A DNA stretch of 63,235 bases, counting the filler, from Bigelowiella natans CCMP2755 (lineage: Eukaryota > Protista > Cercozoa): the NCBI GenBank assembly GCA_000320545.1. It is 6 parts of 6 records of this genome, joined end to end, with 100 filler letters (N's around TTAATTAATTAA, not from the genome) between each part and the next. Parts side by side here need not be neighbours in the genome. Positions count along the whole stretch, not along the records: positions 27,669 to 55,160 come from ADNK01003308.1; 5 more parts are not named here. The stretch is one strand, 5' to 3'. Under the pieces are notes generated by a model. That model had not been told where the DNA came from. It saw only the letters and a program-made list of their open reading frames with translations, and ran no database searches. The number at the start of each line of letters is the position of its first letter. Positions within the stretch are counted from its first letter, which is position 1. Below are positions 38,501 to 47,414 of this stretch, piece after piece. A program made the translations under genes and the position numbers.

Positions 38501-40512
38501 CTGCAGCTGCTTTTACTACTGCTTACCGGAAGGAGAACTCTGTAGGCCTCAGCTTCGCTAAGGTGTGGGCCAAGGCTGGCCTTGATGCCCACTTCGATAA
38601 CCTAATAAAGTTATGCAGCAACACCCTATTGAATGCTAAGCTAGACACTACTAGACCAGCTACCCTATGGACAGACTGGTCTAAGCTAGGTATGGCTGCT
38701 GTACTTACCCAAGACCAGCAGATCATACGGGTGTGGGGCAGGGCCTGCACAGCAGCTGAGGCCAAGTACAGCCCTACAAAAGGAGAGTATAAAGCCATGA
38801 CTGAGGCGCAGAGGAAACTAAGATACTACCTGCTGTCGGTGCCCAGCTTCACCTTAATGACTGACCACAAGCCCCTCCTAGGCATCGACCGCAAGCTCGA
38901 AGCGCCTAACGATGAGTATGCAGCTATGAGGGCGGACACGGAAGAGTTTAGGGACAAGAGGACAGTGGTCTACGCACCAGGAGACAAGCAGCTTGCTGAC
39001 TATTTCAGCAGGCTGTTCGAAAAGAAAGTCCCTACCCAGGTCACCCCTATGGTTAACGCGATTACCTTCGAGGACGGCGACTTCCTGCCTGAGCCAGAGG
39101 AGCTCCAGCACCTTCAAGAACACCTGGATAAATACAAACACAAGCATGAGGTACTTAGTGATAGGATATATGTATACACTAATAATGTTAGGCGTACCTA
39201 CGTGCCACGGCGGACCAGGGGAGCCCTTCTCTTTACCGCCCATGGACCTGCACACGTAGGAGAAAACCATATCACTGCTCTACTCTACCATTACTACTGG
39301 CCCTACAAGCTAAAAGAGATAAGGACATACCTGCGTGGCTGCAGGTGCTCCAGCTTGAAGGCGGCAGGCGTCGCCACCAAGGAGTCCAGCAAGAGCCGTG
39401 CATCTAAGAAAATCAAAGCAAGGAACTTCTTAGATATCGTGCAAATTGATGTTTATAAGTACGATGGCTATCACTACCTTACCTTCGTTGATGTGGCCAC
39501 TGGAAAGTGCTGGGTTAAAAAGATTATCAAGGTCAACGTTGCTAAGAAGAACAAAGGCTTATATAAGCAGAGGCTTACTAACTGCTACCGTACCTGGGAG
39601 TCTGAGCTCCAGGCTATCCCTGATGAAGTTAGCATAAACAAGATACCAAAGAAGTTACATGTGGATAATGAGACCTCTCTTCTACAGCTACCACACCCTA
39701 ATATTGATGCCTCACCTGTATACTATGCCCAGTCCAACTCCAAGGTAGAGCGACTCCACCGCACCTTGGCCAACCTAAGCAGGATAAATAGCACCACACC
39801 AGACAAGATACAAGGGTTAGTAAACGACACCTTCACGTCTGGGGGAGGTATCAAGGATAAGGAGAGGGAAGAAGGCGACGACAACGACGACGATACCGAG
39901 AGCGAAGACGAGAAGGTCCCGTACGATGGCCGAGTTCTAAAGGAAGGACAGTATGTTAGGGCCAAGGTAAATCTGAGATCGAGAAATAAACAAGACCCCT
40001 TCTGGGGTGGCGTTGCAAAGGTTACCGAGAGGAAGGGGAGGAAGCAGTACTACATCTATGATGGGAACAGGGTCACCTTGCGCCACATCAGTCACCTAAA
40101 GAATTATGATATCGGTGAGAAGCTCCTAGAGGATGTTAAAGTAAACCCTACTGTGTGGGAGCGAGCAATGCCTTGTTTAGGACCCCGACCTAAGTTCGAT
40201 GTGGAATATGGAAACAATAAGGTCAGGGTGAACGACGATTGGCGCATGAAGATTGTCTATCTAGGCTACCCTGGATTACGAAATATGGAGAGGGTAGCTA
40301 TGAAAATAAAGGACGGAAAATATCAGCTACTCTACCTAGCTGTTCCCGACTTACCCTTTGAGCACTGGTATAAGGTCCTGGGGGACCTTGATGCAGAGGG
40401 CTGGTATGGACACGAACCTAAGGACGAAGGTGAGTTCTGGGTAAGCGACAAAGGAGATAAGGTTAGAGAGGAATCTATTACCTGGTGGTTGGTGAAGTTC
40501 CGAAAGCGATGA
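35539..40512 (+). CDS. Gag-Pol polyprotein (1657 aa): Gag zinc knuckle, aspartic protease, reverse transcriptase, RNase H, integrase and an extra C-terminal domain
   Basis: CGYCSRKGKHTAKDC (~36646), LWDSGS (~37093), SPWN...PYGL...YVDD (~38203), TDWS...TDHKPL...ADYFSR, HGPAH...CRC, IDV...VDNE...SNSKVERLHRTL. The ORF is intronless and uninterrupted. Confidence 0.97.
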   Translation: MSQQLEEQQDFGSQAVQGHEQKQERKGDTDAKEGGGTPPQAPPGPAPGIKKADAAAEALENFYEADDEDVAAESKKVVMALRALRPRASNYAKLKVSIEYKYQTHDVWAAIMQDIMDYEADLPPEWAALFRNDGGLGASRGTTQSTVKQQQPVQRNTQFMSVKTAPVMITKYNGKRGEARRWWKNARSILCDFTPNPTENDKLKWLAIIKQAMDLYETGRTRIRQLEKIHTTVSGLRDVEAIMKAFVNEQDANSLPQAIRKYRAMMQHEREPVRDFATRFQDMIDELHDFNYNTGDDQARFEEFKLKIKESTYVTEKGYTTMEAAVQAISLREQEQDRKFTSPKVPGIGNINAIKPQRDWYKDREGNRRCGYCSRKGKHTAKDCRDRKEGRPRMTIRQLNEHYEKLKRKKGRGQGYNNSKWQGSNNGKNNKYKNKKQNSINAIQQQINGILDHLKQAPTKTAVPATQDQDKPMTLDDIKNLGVCNINDEDANRTIKVAMTKVKVKDSYGDYKKLPALWDSGSMPKSFISLSTVRRLGLLDQVTKKERKYAQADGSSSMKTVGELMLKLQIPGSDAETQIKTRVAMTLSMELLLGQDALEKLGGIISFYNHKIYFAKLPKKSGRTISQNMIRLDEWTSESSVNALEFMDLADNKLPTPTELRKKNPGKTIRQITELLDKTPPADDWDIDKGKKYINKILNEKYSDITKPTTKPSSKLTPVKIELKKGYEECIINDPEHRRPEADWEKIEWQINEWAKEGKIEPSNSPWNVRHVLAKKPTYPFFRLAHNFIRHNRVIKRIQTPTPRIDDVIEHVIGYKYYSSLDKNESYMQTPIHKTSRPITAFSSRHRKWHFVVFPYGLSISGDAFSSQNYRAYTHDGMASVLWVFVFVYVDDDIICTNTVVAQIFLLENIFIRFAHFGFTIRLQKCTFLATRIKWCGYYLEQGRITPNPEKVAALQQAPKPKNAKELKSFLQTAAWILRRFSPTYARTAAAFTTAYRKENSVGLSFAKVWAKAGLDAHFDNLIKLCSNTLLNAKLDTTRPATLWTDWSKLGMAAVLTQDQQIIRVWGRACTAAEAKYSPTKGEYKAMTEAQRKLRYYLLSVPSFTLMTDHKPLLGIDRKLEAPNDEYAAMRADTEEFRDKRTVVYAPGDKQLADYFSRLFEKKVPTQVTPMVNAITFEDGDFLPEPEELQHLQEHLDKYKHKHEVLSDRIYVYTNNVRRTYVPRRTRGALLFTAHGPAHVGENHITALLYHYYWPYKLKEIRTYLRGCRCSSLKAAGVATKESSKSRASKKIKARNFLDIVQIDVYKYDGYHYLTFVDVATGKCWVKKIIKVNVAKKNKGLYKQRLTNCYRTWESELQAIPDEVSINKIPKKLHVDNETSLLQLPHPNIDASPVYYAQSNSKVERLHRTLANLSRINSTTPDKIQGLVNDTFTSGGGIKDKEREEGDDNDDDTESEDEKVPYDGRVLKEGQYVRAKVNLRSRNKQDPFWGGVAKVTERKGRKQYYIYDGNRVTLRHISHLKNYDIGEKLLEDVKVNPTVWERAMPCLGPRPKFDVEYGNNKVRVNDDWRMKIVYLGYPGLRNMERVAMKIKDGKYQLLYLAVPDLPFEHWYKVLGDLDAEGWYGHEPKDEGEFWVSDKGDKVREESITWWLVKFRKR

Positions 40513-40518
40513 AGGTCT

Positions 40519-40563
40519 AAGGGAATAAGGAAGGAAGGAAGGAGCAACGTGACTTGGGGGAGG
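40519..40563 (+). promoter_or_regulatory. Polypurine tract region
   Basis: AAGGGAATAAGGAAGGAAGGAAGGAG...GGGGGAGG lies immediately before the 3' LTR TG. Confidence 0.85.
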
Positions 40564-40889
40564 TGTAGCGCGTACCACTACGCGGGCACAAGTCACGTGC
40601 GACAACAAAGGGGTTGTCGCGGATATAGAATATAGATAACGTAGATATTAATACAGCATAGGCACGTGGGTTCCGGCGGGACTCATGGCAGCACACCGGA
40701 AGTGTGCTGCCCCACGTGCGGCGGCATTCGCGAAAGCTTCGCGAATGATTACGCAGTGCACGATTTAATAAAAATATAATCTTTAATAAAAATAAACACA
40801 ACTCTTCAAAAGGAAGCAAACGTGCCTTTCCCCCCCCCTGCCTACTTGTGCACGTAGCGCCTCGGCCTGTGAACACCTTACGCGCAACA
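40564..40889 (+). repeat. 3' LTR (326 bp)
   Basis: Direct repeat of 35174-35499. Confidence 0.97.
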
Positions 40890-42181
40890 CATTTTCTTCT
40901 TTGCAAGCATCGAATTCAATCAAACATGCCAAACTTCACTCTTTTGCCATCCCGTGTTCCACCATCATTGCGAGCATCATCTCACTGAAATCCATGGAAA
41001 TCCTCATCGGGGACATTGAAACAGTCCGACGTGTCCGAATGTAATCCTGGTGGTCGTCGATGATTCGACACAGTCGCAAGCTCGTAGGGCCTCCGGTGCA
41101 AAACAAAACGGCCAGCCTGCTGTTAGGAGCTCATGCTCGTATTTTGAATTGTGTGTTGAAACCGACAGCAGGATGAAACCGCAGACGCAACTGCACATTT
41201 TATGGTCAATTTACCAAAGAATGGCATTGAAAACTAAAACAAGAGAGCAAAGGTTTTCTCCTGTGAGTGATGATTCCAGTTTTAACTTTTGGCGATACCC
41301 CCACATGTGTGAAAGACTTAAAGTTAGCAAATGGCTCATGGCACTAACCGGAATTTTAGTCAAAAATACATATTGGATTGTGTTTTTGATTTGTGTCCCT
41401 TTTGAAAATGAGATAGAGGCAAGACACTCTGGATCCCCTTTTTCTTCTAATTCGAGTATATTTATCCTAATAACTTTGCATTTTAGACAAATATTAACAT
41501 TTGGATTCGAATTTGTTAATTTTAGTCACATGTTTCTGCACTTTTTGTAGAGAACATTTTTTAGTTAGAGTCGCCATGGTAGCCCGAAAAGCTTCCTTGC
41601 TTCTTTTATTTTCAGACAAGATCTAGTCTTATTGCTACAATTATTCCACTACAACACGTCTGATTTTTTGCTAATTTCTATTTTTCTCCGTATCTTCGCT
41701 CTTAATCATACACATTTCTGGGTACTTCATTCCAAAATTTGAAAAATGTTTGGAGTGAAAGATCACTTTGCGAATTTCGTTCGATCGAGGTAACGCAGGT
41801 CGTTTGCGTTGTCTCCACAAATAATTTTAGCGGGAAACTCCCTAAAAACGGTGTGCACATGTGAGACACTAGCTTACCCTATGTGGCGCAATCAGCAGGT
41901 GCAGTTTCATCCGGATACTCTTAGGCTTGAAATTCTTCCCGTGCGACACGAAAATAGGTGTCGTCTTTTGTAAATACTGGGCACACACCCACAGAATGCC
42001 GAGGATTTTGTGTTTAATTTGAGTCTGAAACAACCCCCCTGGAACCCGTCCAGCCAAAGAAACAAAATAGAAGCAACACTAAATTCCTCGAGTGCTGCTC
42101 CTCACCCCCTCTAAACCTCCCTCCGACTCTTCCAATAACCAGAGAAGAATTAAAATCTCTGCAACTACTTCCTCGAATTCG

Positions 42182-43881
42182 ATGAACGTGAGTAAAAATT
42201 CTTCTTCCGGGCAGAAATTGCAGCTGCTCGATCTACCGGGTGATCTTGTGTTGTTCTGCTTGGAATTTGGAGACGTGAGAATGGCTATCGCGTTTGCTCA
42301 AGTCAGTGGGAAAATGAAAAATTTGGTACAGACCAAGGAGGTGAGTCAATACGAACGAGCCTAGTTTATTGTGTTTATTGTCATGACGTTGATCTTCCGG
42401 AAGCACGAAAGATATTTGAAGTGACCAAATTACCTCTCAGGGAAATCTTCTATGGGAGGCACTTCTAGCAAGGCGATTTACAGGCTATTCTATGCTCAAT
42501 AAAAGTCTTAGGTGATGCACATTCTGCAGCGAAGAGCCAGCATTATTCCCGATTAATCTTCCCTGCTTCCTTTATGTTTCACCCTCCTCCTCTCTAGACC
42601 ATCGTGCTTCCGCGATGAATACATGAGCCGAGTGAGCAGTCCTCGTGTGGGAGATTGCGTTGAAGTGCTGTGGCAAGGTGGTAGCCGATAGACTTCCATT
42701 CTATTCGGTAGTAGCAGTATGTTGCGTTGCGACAGTAAACAACAGACCGCTTGTTGTACTTGTGGAATCATCGTTTGTATCTCCATCGGTGTAGTGACTT
42801 GCTCTATTTCCATAGGAAAATTTTATTCGCACAGCTTGGGTGAGCATGGCACGATGGGATTCGAAGGAAAAGCTTGGTGGCAGGTATTTAGAACCATTTC
42901 TAATGCCACAACTTGGTCTCGTTCTTACTAATCAACCTTGATAACCTTACGTATTCTCAATAACTTATGACACCTTTTCGTCGATGACTTTGTAGGCGTC
43001 AATTGTGGCGAGAGAACCTGACTCGTCCTCACAAGTTGATAGCGCTATAATTCCAAATAGCCCAAATGGAAGACAGTTCTACTACAAGTAAGCAATAATA
43101 ACTCTACGGGGTAGATACTAAGGGCAACAGTCAATTATTATGATGGCTCAAAGGCAGCAATTAAGATATCAAAAAGTTATACGACTCCATCATCTACTCT
43201 CTCAATCAGTATCTATTTGATTCAGAGCGCATTTTCCTGGATGGGAGGCGAAGTGGGACGAGTGGATCGCAAGAACGCAAATCCGTTGGCCGAAGCCTCT
43301 TGACCACAACTCACACATCGAGATTGATGTAATATTAGAATGACTTGTTCTTTCAGACTCCCGGAGTCATGTTGTTGTCAAAATCGCCTAGTAAACAAAG
43401 GAGAAAGGGGGAAAGTAGAGGGAGTGAGAAAATGAATGTAATGTCTGATGTTGATGTTGTGTACTGTTTACAGGTTGGAGATCATGTGGAAGTGATGCTG
43501 GAGAGCGTGCGTGTTCCGAGTGTGTGGATGGAGGGAGACGTTAAAAAAGTTACGATTGATATTGACGGTATTGATATTACTTGCAACATCAGTTTTTTGA
43601 CAAGATAAATCAATGAATGAAAGTAACGATTTCTCCGTGTAGTTCTGATCGGTTTGCTGTTGGAATAAATCTGGGCAGGTGTAGAGTTATTCTTGGTAAC
43701 GGGGATGAAGAGGCCACGCCATATCTGGGTCAGAAGAGACAATTTACGGCTTCTTTACAAGAAGGTTCGGGACCACAAGGAGGCATGCGTGCCTTGTTTC
43801 CCATCATTATTCGCTAGCGCTTGCTCTACCTTTAGCGGGAACGCCAGATCAACTCCCCCCATCCAGAGAGGTAGTAATTGA
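42182..43881 (+). CDS. Protein with an N-terminal F-box-like motif and Agenet/Tudor-like repeats
   Basis: LLDLPGDLVLFCLEFGDVRMAIAFAQVSGKMKNLV (F-box-like); PRVGDCVEVLWQG, EGKAWWQASIV, HFPGWEAKWDEWIARTQIR (Tudor-knot-like); second unit VGDHVEVMLE...WMEGDVKK...HIWVRRDNLR. Confidence 0.7.
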
Positions 43882-43935
43882 GAGTAAATTGAGAGTAAAT
43901 TGTAGTGGTGGTGGATATCCATCCTCCTTAGCATT

Positions 43936-43975
<40 letters not shown>

Positions 43976-44624
43976 CGCATTGGGCCGTAAATCATCGGTA
44001 CTCCTATAACTACACTTATGTTCTTATGATCATAATCATTGTTATCATCATCATCCTCAGTTGGCTACACAGTAGTCAATAGTAGTATTCGTCGCGTATT
44101 CATCTTATAATAACTTTCATTTGATTGCTCTCCTCCACTCTCCCTTGTCTACCATCAGCCAATATTGAGGCCGCTCCTGCAGGAGGCGGCCGAGGCTGCG
44201 CTACGATGTAGAATGAGGGGAAACAAGCTTTGCTCTCGATCTCTTTCCTCCTACTACTACTGCGACCCTCTATCCCCACCACTTATGATCATCAAATGGC
44301 TCGTGAGACGATGAATGGAAGAATAATATGAAAATTGGATCTGTACAGACGATTTAAGAGTCTCCATAATACCTCAACTACGTGATTGTTAATGCGCCTA
44401 CTATTTTCATTCCAACTACTACTACTACTACTACTACTACCGCTGCTAACTATTACCGTGCTTGTTTGCCTCCTTTTCGATGGGCGGTGTCGGAATCATG
44501 ATATACAACATATATTTTTATTCATTCTTAATGTAATAAGTTTTTTTGTAGTTGGGTTATTTTCTTCTCTTTGCCTTTTTTCCTCATCACTAGAATCAGT
44601 GAAAAGTGATTTAATTTACAGTTC

Positions 44625-44673
<49 letters not shown>

Positions 44674-44895
44674 GTTATTCTTCTTTCTTGTACATATAAA
44701 CTTCTTCCTCCTTGTACAGTTTTTGCGCACAGCATGTGCGCATACATCTTACCGAATGAAAAAAATTCTAGCTACGGCCATTTTCCTTCAAGTAGTGTGC
44801 CAAAACTTTTCCTTCCAATATTTTACTTATTAATTTTGATCAGTTTATTTTTATTAAACCGCAAGCACAATGCACACACACACACACACACACAC

Positions 44896-44940
<45 letters not shown>

Positions 44941-45943
44941 ATTAACGTAACCGTTAAACACAGCGTCTCTCCTCAGCAGCTGCGTATTTTTTTGTTTTGT
45001 CGATGTCGTTACCGTTGGTTAGTTGTGGGGGAGAAATTCGTCAAGTACAGTTTGATGATACGCTGGTTTTCTCTTTCAGCCCCAGCAATGAATGCGGTAG
45101 CAGTACAATCGAAATAAGCCTGCATTCCTTGATATTAACAAGTTGTATATACAATATATGCTTTTGAAATCACATTAAAGCACATAATGGATATGTAAAG
45201 CCTCTTCTTATGTCACGCACGCTTGAAGGCATTCTAGCGATGCGTTAACGTCCTCTGCGACTGTTTTAAATATTATAGACACGTAATATTACTATGTCTA
45301 TTATCAATATAGGCGCTGATTCGCATGTAATCAACTCATGTGTGCACTCTATATAGCTAGCTAGTCAGCGCTGCATACCAGCATAGTTATTAGATATAGC
45401 TGATCGCATCACCTGTACCGGTGTACTAGTGTAGCCTGGTCTAGCTAGCTAGCGCCTTGCAGCCTATACACGACTATGTGACAATATCACACATTTATAT
45501 CTAGATCTACAGATGTGGAAGCATATGAATCATGCTAGCATATAGCATAGGCATACAAGATGCTATGCATTAAAGTTTTTGCTACATCCATGGATTGCTA
45601 CATTCCGCAGGATTGGCTGTTTGTACGATGTTGCATGCACCTCTAGATAGCTAGCCGGCATGCATTCAGCATTGTTGTGGGTACATCTAGACAATGCCAC
45701 TGGATGCAGCACGCTACGTACACAGCACTAGAGCACACATACTTACTTTGTCTATAATTCTAGCGACGCAAGTCTCGCGCGTCTAGCCGCGCGGATCCCA
45801 GATAATAGACAAAGGCTATGAATAGAAGGATTCATAATACTCGATCATTCTATCATTGCAAATCTATTGATTTTGGTGAAGACAAGCCTTGCTAAGAAAG
45901 ATTAAACAGGCACGTCGTGCTACAAGCGCTCGGTCTTTCAACA

Positions 45944-46114
45944 TTATATATCCCTGGCAATCACAGCCGATGAGGTATCGCCTACGGATATCATTGCTGT
46001 TGGAGGAAGGTCGTTCGTCAAAGCTGCAACTTGGTCCCACCACTCCTGCTGGCTACATTCCACAGACGATGAAGAAGGAAACTCTGGCAATCGCAGAACC
46101 ACCTTATATAACAC

Positions 46115-46156
<42 letters not shown>

Positions 46157-47381
46157 AATGAATGAAAAGACATACATCATCCCACACGGGTGTTCGATTA
46201 AGGAAAAAATGCTCTCATCATTCCAGGCGAGCATGGAGAAGCAGCACGTGAATAAATATACCAAGTCGGCAGCAGCAGACTCCATTCGAAGAATCTTGTT
46301 GATGACTTCACAGCGCGCTAAAGGCGACAAGCGGAGAAAGTCGGCAGATCCACGTATTCCATTTGAAATTCCATTCAATGATGATGGCAAAGGAATGGCC
46401 ACAACCTCGGCATCGATCCTTGCTTCTTCAAGATGATCCTCAATCGCTGCTCTCGCTTCCTCCACATCCGACTCTTCTTCTACCAGCCTCAGCACCCGAA
46501 GCGTTAGAAACCCTCGTCCACTGCGATGGAGTTTCTTCCTAATGATATGCATGACCTCCATCATTAGTGCTGCAGGTGATACAGCGAATCGTCTCCAAGA
46601 CATGCTCATTGGGTTGTTGTTGTTGCTGTCCGTGCCAATGCCGTCCATAATCCACATGTCGATGGTACCAATCGAAGTCTTCTTCGCCGGCAGCGATATA
46701 AATGGAGAACTGGTGGTGAAACCGTTTCTGCCGCTGCCATTCCGATTGTGAATTTCATTGTTAAAACCATGGTCAAAATGTTCCTCCTCCCCCTCCTCAT
46801 CCGGTAACCACACGCTTGCTCGTTGTTTCTCAAAGTTGCGGCAAACAACCAGATTCTTCTCAAAGCTTATGGCAGCGTTGAGTATAGACACGTACTCGTC
46901 AACACTGCCCACGCACTGTCGCATGACACTTGTTTTCTCATTGCGTTCTATCTTAGCAGAGAGGCTTGCACATCTGTGTTTCAAATTGCTGCTAATCGAC
47001 GATTTCATCTCTACGGGGGCCTTGCCCTCCTCCTCCTCACACGATCTTAAGGAGTCTTTCTGGTTTTGTCGCAGTTGTTGACATTTTCCCTCCTCCCTCC
47101 CCTTCGTTTCACTTTGCCCCCCCCCCCTTGAACCCCACTCCTTCTCCCAGAATGGAACGATGACTGTGTTGGGGCGCATTGCTCCAGTCCCTGCGGATAA
47201 GAACAGGTTGTGACATGCATCTCTCCCCGTAGGCCCTATGGCAATATCACAGAAGGCCTTAAATCCATTCCTCGAGATAAACCCTCCAAGAGCTCTGCGA
47301 AGAGACACCAATGCACTTGACGCCTCCATCGACTCGTTACTGGTGGATGCAACAATAGGCACGCCCATGATGCAGATACCT

Positions 47382-47414
<33 letters not shown>

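Larger units (their letters stand above)
35174..40889 (+). mobile_element. Full-length Ty3/Gypsy LTR retrotransposon (5716 bp) with a 4-bp target-site duplication CATT
   Basis: Direct repeats 35174-35499 and 40564-40889 (TG...CA, imperfect terminal inverted repeat TGTAGCGCGTA/TACGCGCAACA). CATT at 35170-35173 and 40890-40893. Domain order is PR-RT-RH-IN. Confidence 0.97.

Noticed and set aside
40125-40512. Chromodomain or env gene at the element's 3' end
   Set aside because: No chromodomain Y.VKW.G...TWE pattern, no signal peptide or TM segment, and no separate ORF.
44386-45117. 243-aa ORF and the many CVCV/HTHT/IYIY/ERER/poly-H/I/M ORFs in the track
   Set aside because: Stop-free translations of microsatellites.
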